NCBI GenBank assembly: GCA_000004985.1
Contig: GG738846.1
Source: Naegleria gruberi
Taxonomy: Eukaryota
Strand: one strand, 5' to 3'
Length of the DNA: 64,000 nt
Part shown: positions 33,731 through 45,427 of the stretch, in pieces
How positions within the stretch are numbered: position 1 is the stretch's first letter
Layout of the letters: the number at the start of each line of letters is the position of its first letter
The notes under the pieces: generated by a model
The model's database searches: none
What the model saw: the letters and a program-made list of their open reading frames with translations, nothing else
Told to the model about the DNA's origin: nothing
Made by a program: the position numbers and the translations under genes

Positions 33731-36700
33731 ATGTCTTCTATTGATGTTGTGGGATGTCAACTTGGAGTAGTTACCAATACTCTTATCCGTATTGCAATAT
33801 TTCCCATCGGTAAAATTAATGCCTCAACATTTAAAAAGTTTGTATCAATGATACAAGCTTGTGATTCAAAGCCGATCAAAAGTTTGACCAGATTCAGAGA
33901 TGATAATTTAAAAAGTCCTTTTCAAAAGCAGGATTGGTCTCGATCTGTTTTAAAATTTCAATTTGTTGACGAAACAAGTATTAATACAGGATATTCGGAT
34001 TTCCATCAATATAGAAACGTTCACGGAGTGATTGGTATTATGAGTTGCTTGAGTGAGGAATCTGTTGCTAGTGGATTTACAAAATACAAAAAGCAAAAAT
34101 TACAACTATACGGAAAGAATATTGTGGGAAGATGCTTTGCAGTAGAGCAAGATCCTGAAACAATGGCTCCTGAGGATGAAGAATTGGTGGTAATTCCTAA
34201 TCAAGATGAAAATCATGTTGGATGTCATATTGATTATTTATTTTCTGATTTGGCAAGACAAATACTGATCAGATTTGAAAAAATTGTTTCAAATCCTTCT
34301 GCCTATTTCAATGAATTATCAAATACGTATTTAATGACCTCTCCATCTGGTCTTTTCCCAACAAGTAATAATAGTAGTAATAATACCAAAAAGCCAGCAA
34401 CCCCAGCCAAAACAAAAGTTGATACACAAACCATTCCCACTTCACAATCGTCAACCAATCTTTCCCTTGGAGATGAGAAAAATTTACAAAACATGAAATT
34501 ATTTGCAGATTCCTCTCTTTTAATTTGCGATTATGAGGATGCCATGACTACCTATCAAGAAATTAGTAACATTTGTAAGATGCAATTGAACAATACTACA
34601 AGTGCAGCTATCAACTACCCTTTATATCAGGCTGGTGCAGCCGAAGGTATGGCTTCCATCATTTTTGTAAAGTCAAGACTTGCACAAAAGTCTGAGGTTG
34701 ATAGCTCCATAGTTCAACAAATCTATGATTTGATTCAAGAATCTATTCAATTTTATGAAAAATCTAAAAAGAAAGATCTTTTAGTGGAAACCTACATTAA
34801 AATGGCTGTATTCATCTCAGGGTATTGCGAAAAAAAGAAGAGAAAGGAAGCACTAGACTGTCTAACAAAGGCTGTTCAATCTGCTGATTCTTTAACAACT
34901 CAAGAGAAGGTATGTTTAAATTTTTAGAATCCAATAATTCATATTAATGAAATAATAACAGATTGTTGTTTCTGGGTTTGCAGCCAAAATTTGCAAGCAA
35001 ATGAAATGTAAAAGAAAGTTTGGATTTTTCTTGAGACAAGTAGCAGTTCTTCATCATGAATTGTGCAACCAAGGTGTTTCAATTAGATTGGGATCCCAAT
35101 TTATGGATGCTTATAACATTCCAATTGAGCTAACATCACGTACAGGTTAGTATTACAATATTCCAATTAATTGTGCTATATTGTACTTTGTTATTGTCTT
35201 TATTAATATAGAATGGAAAACAAAAAAGAATTTTTCACTCAAAGGATGGCATTTTATTCAAATGGATGTTATCAAAAGCATGATTGATTTTGCACAATCA
35301 ATGAGTCCAGCTGATTATTGCACAGAAATTCAATTTAGATTTTATCTCTTATCAGAGTATGGACAAATTATGTCTAAAACAACTCAAGAGGAACATTTGA
35401 AGCGTATATTATCTGTTTCTCACCAAATACCTAAAGGCATAAATATTCTGTTAAAGCCTCTTCCAATCATCAAAATGGTTGCTCCTCAAAAATTACCTTC
35501 ACACTTGGAACCAAAGTCACTGGAAATCAAAGATAACAGACCTCAATTGTTTATTTATTCTCCATTTGACAAGAAGGATGAAAGATTGGTAACTTTAAAT
35601 TGGGCAAAAAATGAAACTGCACAAACACTAGTTGAATTTTACAATCCATACAAGATTGATTTACGCTTAAAGAATGTATCGGTAAAGTACAAACCTGAGA
35701 TTTCTCCAATTAATGAAAGTGGAGAACCTATTTGTGACGTATTTGTTCACTCAGCTGTGGTTGCGAGTGGGCAATCTCAAAAGGTTTTTGTAGCAACTAA
35801 ACCTAGAGCAGTTGGAAGTATTATTCTTGATTCAATTGGAATAGAATTTGAAGAAGGTAGATTTAAATCACCAGTCTATCTTCCAATAACAACCCAACAC
35901 CTCGTAAATGAAAAAAAAGAAAGGAGAGACTATGATATCACCGTTGTAGAGACTGTTCCACTTCTTAATGTAACTCTTTCAACACCTCAACTATCTCTTG
36001 TTGATGGAGAAACAACTACACTCTTTGCAAAGCTTCATAACACTGGTAATTGTGAGATTACCTTCCTTGAAATTACATTTAACAATCAAACAGCAAACAC
36101 TGTTTCAATTAAGGACGAAATTATCAAAAAGTATCTTCCGCTTGTTCCAGATGCTGATGTTGTAACAATTCCAATTGAAGTAGTTGGAGTATGGAAAGGA
36201 TCAAGTGATCTAGGTATTATTAATATTCATATCAAATATGGTATTGAAAAACAAGATCCTAATGAAAAATCTTATTATAGAGAGATGGACCTTTCCATTA
36301 AAACAACAGTAATGAGGGCTGTTGCTGTTGAAGATTGTATAACAGTTAACGAATCATTCAATAAGAAGATTGTGGCTAAAATTCACAACTATTCCAATTC
36401 TTCCTTTATGTTATTGTCTAGCCTCTCCCAACATTTAAAGGATGAGCAATTTGATACAGGAATACCTTTTGGTGCTCAGTCTACCAAAATGATTCTTGTT
36501 GATCCTTCCATTCTTCATGATATCAATTTTGAAGATTTGAATATTCCATACACATCAGATATCAATAGATATAAGGGAACAATAGCAAATGCAATGAGAT
36601 GGAAATCTGTAAGTAATTATTCTAATATATCATAATAGTTAATCATTCATAGTATGTCAACACGATTGGTATTGTTGGTTGTAAGAAAGAGAGTGAAGAA

Positions 36701-37201
36701 GTAAAACAAAATAGCCAATCAAAAGAAAGAGTACATTCCAGAAAACAAACCATCATTTCTGCACCTCCCATTATGAATGAATTCTTGAATATTAAACAAG
36801 AAATGATTGCCAATGTAAATAATCAAATTATAGGCCACAAAGAACTGGCTATTCAACAAGTTCCTGTACAATTAGGCATTAGCGAACAAGTAGAGTTCAC
36901 AATTAATGTAACACTTAGCTCAGTTAATAATCAACAAATTTTAAATAAGATTGCAAGTTTAATTTTAAGAGTTTATCAAGATGGAGAAAATGGTACAAGA
37001 ATACCTGCAACAAACCGACAATTTTGTTATTCTGGTAGATTGAATACTTGTTTGGAATTGACGTCATCGAGTCCTTCCCAAATAACTCTAAAACTTTTCT
37101 TTTTAGAAAAGGGGACATTTAAATTATCAGTTCTTTGTAATGATGAACAAACTCAAGATATGCTTACCTCTCCAATAGAGGCAGTTCTTGTAATTAAATA
37201 A
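33731..37201 (+). CDS. TRAPPC9: TRAPP II-specific subunit TRAPPC9/Trs120, 4 exons: 33731..34909, 34960..35145, 35212..36608, 36653..37201 (introns 50, 66 and 44 nt)
   Basis: N-terminus DWSRSVLKFQFVDETS...HQYRNVHGVIGIMSCLSE...KLQLYGKNIVGRCFAVEQD parallels TRAPPC9 ([21 protein letters not shown]...[20 protein letters not shown]). Exon 2 RKFGFFLRQVAVLHHEL ~ RKSAFFKRVAAMQCV. Exon 3 LKGWHFIQMDVIKSMIDFAQS ~ HRGWAAVQMRLLHELVYAS, and ERLVTLNWAKNETAQTLVEFYNPYKIDLRLKNV ~ [31 protein letters not shown]. Confidence 0.8.
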
Positions 37202-37290
37202 ATTGTGGAGTATTGAATTATTATTTAACTCGATAGATAATATCACCCAACCGTATTGTATTTAATTGCTTGGTTACCACTTCAAAAAAA

Positions 37291-37860
37291 ATGAGTTCAA
37301 ATCAACCTGTTGACGAAAGAAGAGAAAAGATTAAATCCCTCATCAGAACTGTTCCAGACTACCCTCAAAAGGGTATCATGTTCAGAGATATCAGTACATT
37401 GTTGGCTGACTCTGAAGGATTGGCTCTTGTTGCTGATTTATTTTATGAACAATACAAGGATAAAAAGATTGATGCCGTTATCGGTATTGAAGCCAGAGGT
37501 TTCATTTTAGGATCCTTGTTGGCCTATAAAATTGGAGCTGGTTTTGTTATGATTAGAAAGGAAGGAAAGATGCCAGTCGGTTCTGGTGTTACAGTACTGA
37601 AGGAATCATATCAAATGGAATATAGAAGTGCTACCACTATTGAAATGCACTCCGATTCTCTCAAAGCAGGACAACGTGTTGTTATTATTGATGACTTGTT
37701 GGCAACTGGTGGTACTTTGTTGGCTAGTATTAAACTTGTTGAAAGACTTGGAGCCGAAGTTGTTGAATTGGCTTGTATTGTTGAATTGCCAGCTCTTGGT
37801 GGTAGATCCAAACTCGCTGCTTATCCACTCTATCATATGGTTGAATTTGAAGGAGATTAA
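37291..37860 (+). CDS. APRT: Adenine phosphoribosyltransferase (APRT), single exon
   Basis: DYPQKGIMFRDISTLLADSEG, VIGIEARGFILGSLLAYKIGAGFVMIRKEGKMP, PRPP motif VVIIDDLLATGGTLLASIKLVERLGAEVVE. ATG MSSNQ at 37291 (the ORF track's upstream M at 37270 is less likely). Confidence 0.9.
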   Translation: MSSNQPVDERREKIKSLIRTVPDYPQKGIMFRDISTLLADSEGLALVADLFYEQYKDKKIDAVIGIEARGFILGSLLAYKIGAGFVMIRKEGKMPVGSGVTVLKESYQMEYRSATTIEMHSDSLKAGQRVVIIDDLLATGGTLLASIKLVERLGAEVVELACIVELPALGGRSKLAAYPLYHMVEFEGD

Positions 37861-37952
37861 ATGCTTGTATTATTAATAATTGCAATTAAATAATTTTCAA
37901 ATCTATCCAACAAAAAGGAGTGAAAAATCTAACATCTAATTACTTTAAAAAA

Positions 37953-40566
37953 ATGGAAGATTCACTCCAAACCAATGAGTCCCCAAGTTCCGTCACTGCA
38001 AAACAAAGGAACATTCCATTGATCATTCCAAAAGGTTTAAATGTTGATGACAAAACTCTCTTTCGTAAGAAGAGTGTTACTTTTAATTCACCGTCATCAA
38101 CAGGGCAATCATCTCCTCCTCCTTCAATAGTAATTACAAAAACAACAACTGATAACAGTGTACCAGTGATAGATATTCAAGAGGAAGAGCCAACAAGTAA
38201 ATATTATCAGATGGAGGAAGATGAAACTCCTAGAAGCATTTTGACTTCATCGGAAATCAAATCAAGAAGAAACAGTATCAAGTCATCCCGTAGAAAGTCA
38301 ATAAAACAACAACCACCCAAACTTAAGCACGCAATGATGACATGGTTCAGAACCCAAAAAGAATCATTGAAACAAAAAGCAAAATCTGCCACTCCAGAAG
38401 CAATGTTAACAACAGGTCCTATTGTTAAATTGTTTAAATATGGAAAGTAAGTTCTCATTTGTAATAATATTTGTTTAATATTAAATGATTATATCTTGAT
38501 CAATACTAGAATTCCATGGAAGTTACTCATACAGTGTCTTCTTTTAATTTTAATAACTACTAAGGTTGTTTTATTATCAGAAAAAAGAAATAACTATTTC
38601 ATTAATAATGACATTACCTTTGCAACATCCTTTTTGAAGGATGGATTTGAGAATTATGAGGCAAATGTTGATGGCTTTTTTAGTAGCTACTTTTATTCTA
38701 CTGATGATGTAATTGCAGATATCAGCAATACTGTTTCTTCTGTAAGTATTCATAAATTATAAGATGACAATCAATACTATTCATAATGTAGTATTATTTA
38801 TTTCCTAGAAAGAATGTTGATGTTTGGGTATTTCCAAGAGACCTTTCAAGAGGAGATCTTATCAGTCCTGTTGAGGCAAAGCTCTCCCTCTTTACGGAAA
38901 GCCCAAGGGACTTTATTTTAAATGGTTCTGATACGACGTTTAGTCGTGAACCTCTAATAGAGGGTATGTAAAAAAATTCCCATTTCAACTAACGTGAGAA
39001 GAATCTGATTTATTGACTCTTGATAAGCCTTTAGGATCAGTATTGGAAGGGTATTTTGCTAATAATTCAAGATCATTATTTGATAGACTTGACAAACTTA
39101 CTCTAAAATTTAGTATTATTGGTTTGGATAGAAGTAATTATGTTGTGAATGGGTTTGCAGAATGTGTATTTTGGACTATTACCAAGACATACAGAAACAA
39201 TGAAGGTGGTAAACTTACTTCTTTTATTCTAAGAGATTATGACATTTGCAATAGAACAGACAGAAAAGCAGTCATGGAATTTTACAAACCATCCATATGG
39301 GTTTCCTTAGTAATATCTTTTGCAAGTGCTCTTGCTCTTGCTCTAGACGTTAAGTCTGTGATTTTTAGACTCAGAATGTTCAAAAAGATAAGAGATCTTG
39401 AAACACTAAAGCATGTTGGTCAGGTGTAAGTTTTTAAAAACAAATTTTATATACTATTTGATAATAGTATACCAATCAACTCTGATGACAATTTTATCAA
39501 GCAAAAAATCAAGAGAATCATTTATCATAGATATAAGAATATTTGCTTAGCCGATTTACCTGGTGTTCTATCGTACTGGTTCATTTTCTCCTTTTCACAA
39601 CACATGACAAACATGTTCTCATTCATTTTTGAATTGCTTACTCCAGGTAATATACAAATTAATAGCTTTTTCATTGGTATGAGTTGTATGCTTACATATT
39701 CAAGTACTATGAGATTTTTCCAATTTCACAATGAATTTTACATGTTCAGTAAAGCATTTGAGAGAGGTTTACCCCAAGTGATTAGATTTATTATTACAAC
39801 ATTACCTCTATATATTGGATTTGGTGTTTTGGGAACCGTGATGGTATGTATTCTTAATTTCATAAGTTTATTAATTCATCTCTAGTTTGGTGAATATTCT
39901 AGATATTTCTTAGATTTGAATGAATCACTGGTAACTCTATTTTCCCTAATTTTCCAAGACAACATGCACGATACTTTTGACAGTGTTTTTGGTAACAAGA
40001 CATTTACGGCATACTTTTCCAGACTTTACATTTATGTTTATACAGCTATTTTTATTTGTGTAATAGCCAACGTTTTTACCAGTATCATGGAAGATGCCTT
40101 CTTCTCGTTGAAAGAAAATCAAGAAAATCTTAATAATCAGGTTCAAGAGGAAGAAAAGAAAAATACCACCACTTCCACTTCAGTTCCTAACAATAATGAG
40201 GATGATAGCGATTACGATACAGAATCTAATGTGTCCGTTATGGATGTATCTCTAGCAGACATAACTGATGAAGAAGAAATTTATTGGAATCAAGCTATTG
40301 AAAGAGAGCAAAAGAAGGAAAATAATCTCGTTGAAACAAAGAACAAATACTTCCCAAATGAACCAAAAAGTTTGAGTTATATTCTAGACGAGGAAAGTAT
40401 TGAGGATAACATTGATCGTATTCTTTTTATTGTAAAGGAAGCTTGTAATGGTAAGGTACTAACGGAAGAACAACAATCTCTGTTGGAAGAAATTGAAAGA
40501 AATGCCCAATCTGTCTATTCAAATAGAACATTTGTAGAACTTGATGAAGTTAATAAAGAAGAATAA
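37953..40566 (+). CDS. TRPML/mucolipin-like cation channel (polycystin-mucolipin family), about 7 exons between 37953 and 40566
   Basis: Long cytosolic N-terminus (MEDSLQTNESPSS...). TM1 and luminal loop (WKLLIQCLLLILITTKVVLL; polycystin-mucolipin-type loop NGFAECVFWTITKTYRNNEGGKLTSFILRDYDICNRTDRK). Pore/S6 LIFQDNMHDTFDSVFGNKTFTAYFSRLYIYVYTAIFICVIANVFTSIMEDAF resembles TRPML1 (NGDDMFVTF...LSLFIALITDTY). Acidic C-tail. Exon boundaries inferred from ORF blocks 37920..38450, 38496..38762, about 38806..38967, 39013..39429, about 39470..39590, 39604..39850 and 39916..40566, not individually verified. Confidence 0.6.
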
Positions 40567-40596
40567 GGAAAAGAATAAAAAATTACACAATTAAAA

Positions 40597-43385
40597 ATGA
40601 AGCAACTTGTTAAATGTAGGAAGCCGTTCTTTTCCTACCCTAACAAACACAATATCAAAGCAGCAACTCTTCAGCCATCCTGTAGAGTATTCGGAAGGAG
40701 AACAAAAACAATTAACATAATAGATAATCTCCCTTCTGAAAAAAATAAATGGATAAATACTAGACATTTACTTGTAAAGGACCATCTCATCGGAAAACCA
40801 ACTCTACTGATCAATATTAATTATTTCCCCTCTGTATTGAATTATTTGATGAGTTTGGAGTAAGTGGACTTTGAAATTCGAATTCTAATACTGGATAGTT
40901 TTACATTGGAAAACAGAGCAAATATTATTGGATTTGGAGGCGATTTGCAGAGTATTGATACTCTTCGTGATTATGTTCTCTACCACGAATTTCCATACCC
41001 TGTATTCAAGACAGATTCTTGTGATTTCATACTGCAATTATTAGACCAAGAGGGAAATTTATTCTCAACATATTACGATGAAATGGAAATATTTGAGAGG
41101 CTGGTTAGAGGTAATTATTGAAATGAATTTAAATTATTAATATGATTAATAGATACTGATGATATTATTGAGAAGTCAATTCACATTCAGATGAAGGAGT
41201 TTGAATGGCAGAGATTGGACAAACCAATTGAACGGTTACTTCAACCTCAAACTCTCTTTCAGTATCCAACTTTTTTGGAGAAAGCAGACAAACATTTATT
41301 TATTTCGGATACGTTTCATAATAGAATAGTAAAGATGAAACCTGATGGACATGTGGAATATGTTGTAAGTTAAAAAATTCCATTTATTTACAATTTAAAA
41401 CAGTTTGGTGATGGCTTTGCTGGACTTAAGGATGGAATATTTTCTGATTGTAAATTTTATAGACCTCAAGGTCTATTTCATGACATTCAACAAAATCAAA
41501 TAATTGTGGCTGATACTAATAATAATACAATTAGAAGAATCAATCTCAATGAAAATTTTGTTTCAACCCTTATTCAAAACAACTTGGGACAAGGTACTGA
41601 TTTGGAAAGTTATCTTCTTAGAGATGACACTACACGAATTATGCTCACAGAAGAATATATTGAAAAACAATTTATTTTCGAAAGAGAAAAAGAATGGTTA
41701 AAGAATACTCCTAAACCACTAACTGTTGATTTTACTGCATGCTCCAAAGCCATAAGCAAACCTGTAGACCTTTTTATCAATTATGATGAAAATTGCTTAT
41801 ATGTTGCAGAAACGGGATATAGACATATATGGAAAATAAGGTTGGAAAATGGACTTGTTGAGGATGTATTACCAATAATGATACACAAATATTTGAGAAA
41901 TGATTTCAGCAAATACATCTCTCAGGTATTTCCCTCACTAGAACTTAACAGTAGAGCTAACCAATCTCGGAAGAATTTATTTGCGGAATTTAGCTTTTTA
42001 AAGCATAGATCTTCAATTCAACAAAACAAAACCCCCTCCTTCCATTATATCATTGAGAGCCCAACCGCTCTTTATCGACCACATTCAGATAATGAATACA
42101 AATTCAGACAAATTAAGGTGACACCCTCTTCAACTCTCACATCCACAACAATCGGTAATGATGGTATAATAGAATCTGTAGCTTGTAAAACTATTTTTAC
42201 TTCTACAGGAATTGGATTCAAAAATGGTTCAATCGTCGGAAAAGAAAAACCAGAGTTTAATCACCCTATTTCAATCGTAAAGATTGAAAATGATCTGTTC
42301 ATTTCTGATTCTTGTAAGTAAATTGTTAAAGTATGAATATATTTTAACTCTATACAGTCAACCATGGAATGAGGAAATTAAGTACGATTAGTGGACAAGT
42401 TGAAACTGTACAACCAAGCAATCTAAGGGAGTTTGGTGTAGTAGCATCTGAAAACCATCCAAACATACTTGAAGATGGAAATTTAGATGAAAATAATAGA
42501 TGTGGAAGGTTAATTAGAGCTGAAAAGATGAACTTTGTGAGTGGTAGCTGTCTTATCAAACTTTGCTTGAAAGCACCTAAAAATTTCAAATTTATTGAAA
42601 AAATCTCATCCCAAAACATAGACATCAAGTTTAAAAATAATGGTAGTTTTACAAGTCAACACACCGCATATGTTCACAATAGGGAATTATTTAATCCTGA
42701 ATCGTTCTCTATTTCTGATGATTCTGATTGGAAAAGTATAAAGAGAAAAAACAGAGGGTATAACTCTCTGCCAGAATTAGTAGAAGCCTCTAAAGATGAT
42801 GAAATGCTACTTAATATTCCATTCGAATTAGCAGAGAAAGTCTCTAAGAATGAAAATTTAGAACTGGACATTACATTTACAACATTTATTGGAAGCTCTC
42901 TTGCAAGTTCAATTCATACAAAACCTTTTACACTTCAAGAAGATCTAAACACTGTCTCATATATTCCATTTAATTTACAAACATGTAAATTGGATCAGTT
43001 ACTTAATTTTAGAGAAATTCCAGAATTGGAAGTATCTGATAGAAAAGAAATAAGACACAAAGTATCACAACTTTTAGAATGGGACCTACAAGAAAGTATC
43101 ACACCTCCTTTCTTGAGAGAGAATGTTTTAGCAAATATACACAATATACCTGAAAATGAAGAAATGAGGCACGAGGTAATAGAATGCAATGACTCTTCAC
43201 AAGTTTTTATTGATTGTGTAACTTTAAGAATTCCAATCCAACTTGTTGAAGATTCAAAAATGTCTACAGAAAAGAAGCGCAAACTTTTGGTTCACACTTT
43301 AACTATTCCTGTTTCTCCTTCCCCTCCTCTATTTAAGCAAAACCATCACAAGCATCAATATGTAGCTACAACAAGTAATATTTAA
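40597..43385 (+). CDS. NHLRC2: NHL repeat-containing protein 2 (NHLRC2) orthologue: degenerate thioredoxin-like N-domain + NHL beta-propeller + C-terminal beta domain; multi-exon (first intron 40860..40898, 39 nt)
   Basis: NRANIIGFGGDLQSIDTLRDYVLYHEFPYPVFKTD ~ [76 protein letters not shown] ~ [82 protein letters not shown] ~ [40 protein letters not shown]. The CxxC of the thioredoxin fold appears lost (LLININYFPSVLNYLMSL). ORF blocks 40597..40863, 40864..41121, 41191..41373, 41506..42321, 42369..43385. Confidence 0.8.
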
Positions 43386-44476
43386 TTTTTACTACCACTT
43401 TGGAAATTTCTACTAGCATTTCGTTTTCTTTCACTGGCCTCTGTTATCCCACTCACATCTGTGGAATAGTTGTTGATTAAATTCGATCTGTCATTTTCAA
43501 TTCTCAACTCCAATCTTCTTATTTTATCTATGAGTTGATCATTGGTTGTTTGAAAATCCAAAACCTCCTTACTTATCTTGTCAAGTTTTTGCTCAATACT
43601 CTTAAAAGCTTCTTCTCTCTGCACAAGTGTTTGTTTGAAAATTTTTTCATTTGTTTCATAAGATTGCATAAGTGTCACGGAATCTTCGTATTCAGCTACC
43701 ACTTTTGTCACAAATCCAGATAGTAATTGTTTTTGGACTGGTTTTTGTGAATTTTTAGAGTATAATGGAGTCGAAGAGGTGGATTTACGGGTTTCAATTG
43801 ATGGTTTGGGCAGCTGGTTAACTCGTTCATCGAATAGTGGAGCATTCTTGGAAACGGTTGGGGTATCTTGAATTGAATTATTAGAATAATTTGTTGGGTG
43901 CGTTTGTTGTTGTGGATTAAGTGGTAGGGCTGGTGCAGTTGAGGTTACAATTTGTTTTGACTGAGATGCATTGGCTTTTTGAGAATTGGACGTTTTTGAT
44001 TGTTTGGAAGGAGATTGGTGGCTCTTTAATTGAGATTCAATATTGTTAATCCTATCCAACTTTTCCAATTGTTTGTTTGAAGATGCGGTAGCCACTGTGT
44101 TCTCGTTAAGAGGATTGGAACCTGTGCTATTTGATGAATTATTGCTTGTTGTGTTGATCGAAGATTGTTTGTTTTTTCGTTTTTCATCACTGGCTGGTGG
44201 TTGTTGTGTTTGTTGAATTATAACAGGTTCATTAATACTTGTAACTGATGAAGTGAGGCTGTTGGCCTTACTATTATCGTATGATGAATTTTTGATGATT
44301 GTTATGTATAGAGTCGGAACAAAACCTTTTTGGAAGGGTTTGCTCACCTTTTCTACCATCATCCATTCTCCATGGGCACTAATTAACTTTACAACTTCTC
44401 CCTTAGTGACTGAGAGCTCATTATGACCATCAGCCTTAAAATCATACAACACACGACAATACTCCTCTTGGTTCAT
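43382..44476 (-). CDS. SH3-domain protein with low-complexity (S/N/T/Q-rich) linker and C-terminal coiled coil, single exon, 364 aa
   Basis: N-terminal SH3: YCRVLYDFKADGHNELSVTKGEVVKLISAHGEWMMVEKVSKPFQKGFVPTLYITII. C-terminal heptads (LVQREEAFKSIEQKLDKISKEVLDFQ...LELRIEND). Its stop codon overlaps the NHLRC2 stop (TTTAA at 43381..43385). Confidence 0.65.
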   Translation of the reverse strand: MNQEEYCRVLYDFKADGHNELSVTKGEVVKLISAHGEWMMVEKVSKPFQKGFVPTLYITIIKNSSYDNSKANSLTSSVTSINEPVIIQQTQQPPASDEKRKNKQSSINTTSNNSSNSTGSNPLNENTVATASSNKQLEKLDRINNIESQLKSHQSPSKQSKTSNSQKANASQSKQIVTSTAPALPLNPQQQTHPTNYSNNSIQDTPTVSKNAPLFDERVNQLPKPSIETRKSTSSTPLYSKNSQKPVQKQLLSGFVTKVVAEYEDSVTLMQSYETNEKIFKQTLVQREEAFKSIEQKLDKISKEVLDFQTTNDQLIDKIRRLELRIENDRSNLINNYSTDVSGITEASERKRNASRNFQSGSKN

Positions 44477-44524
44477 TTTTTCAAAGTGAAACTAGTACAG
44501 TATTTTTAACGGCTAGTATTTATT

Positions 44525-45220
44525 TTGTATGAACAAGGCAGACAAAGCGCCAAAAAAATGTATGGAAATCAACCAAGGGAAGAAAGAGTAAAGACACCAC
44601 TTCCCGAGAAGTTGAAAAATTCTTTTTCTTTCGCTAATCAGAATCAAGAAGAGCAATTAAATGAGGATGAATTGGAACAAGTTATGGACAATGGAAACTA
44701 TTTGGAGAGGGCTAATTTAGATCTCTTCAATCAACCAGTTGAGGAGGTAGAGCAATTTGTAGTGCAAGATGTTGTTCCGACAAATTCAATGCCTTCATAC
44801 AATAGAAATAAATTAAGGGATGAAATGATGGAAAACAATCAAGAGGAATCTGCTGAACCACCTGTAGAGGAAACCAAAAAAAAGAGAAAGAAAAGGAAAC
44901 CCAAAAAAACTGATGACGAATGGAACGAAGAAGGAAACAAACATGAATCAAATTTACCCACACTCCACGAAAAAGAACAAGAAGAAAACACTACAGATGT
45001 TTTACAACCAAAAAAGGAGGTAATTAGGACTCTGGAGAAGGATCTGTTTGCTGACATGGCAAGAACTCATTACCTCTCTATTTCACCAAATGATATCATT
45101 GTTGGAAAGGAAAATGAGGAAGCAGAAGAAGTGACAGATGAACCAATTGAATCAAAGAATTTAAAAGTTGGAGGACCTCTCTCTCTTAGACAGAAAACTA
45201 TTTTCATTGAAAGTATGTAG
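44525..45220 (+). CDS. Acidic/basic intrinsically disordered protein ORF (231 aa); may be the N-terminal part of a gene continuing into the 4-TM exon at 45428..46000
   Basis: E/K/N-rich low complexity (EEVEQFVVQDVVPTNSMPSYNRNKLRDEMMENNQEESAEPPVEETKKKRKKRKPKK). Ends ...IFIESM* with GTATGT immediately at the ESM codons. The downstream exon is in the same reading frame. Confidence 0.4.
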   Translation: MYEQGRQSAKKMYGNQPREERVKTPLPEKLKNSFSFANQNQEEQLNEDELEQVMDNGNYLERANLDLFNQPVEEVEQFVVQDVVPTNSMPSYNRNKLRDEMMENNQEESAEPPVEETKKKRKKRKPKKTDDEWNEEGNKHESNLPTLHEKEQEENTTDVLQPKKEVIRTLEKDLFADMARTHYLSISPNDIIVGKENEEAEEVTDEPIESKNLKVGGPLSLRQKTIFIESM

Positions 45221-45427
45221 TTTATAACTGTTCAAATTCTAAAAAGGTAAGATCCTGTTAGTGGGCAATTTAGAAAGGTCAAGGAAACTGATTTTAGTAA
45301 TAACAAAAACGAAACTGAAGAAATAATTGAAGATGAGCAGGAAATAATTCAAAGAGAGATTAGCTCTTATAATTCAACAGTTCTAATTACAAACAATAAC
45401 TTATTTGTACTTTTACTTTTTGTACAG

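Noticed and set aside
40597-40863. Possibility that NHLRC2 starts at a later ATG, which would widen the 30-nt gap after the TRPML gene
   Set aside because: Not rejected outright. The first exon encodes a thioredoxin-like N-terminal segment (KNKWINTRHLLVKDHLIGKPTLLININYFPSVLNYLMSL) collinear with NHLRC2, so the 40597 ATG is the most parsimonious start. It is kept as a finding to be tested rather than a firm feature of gene regulation.
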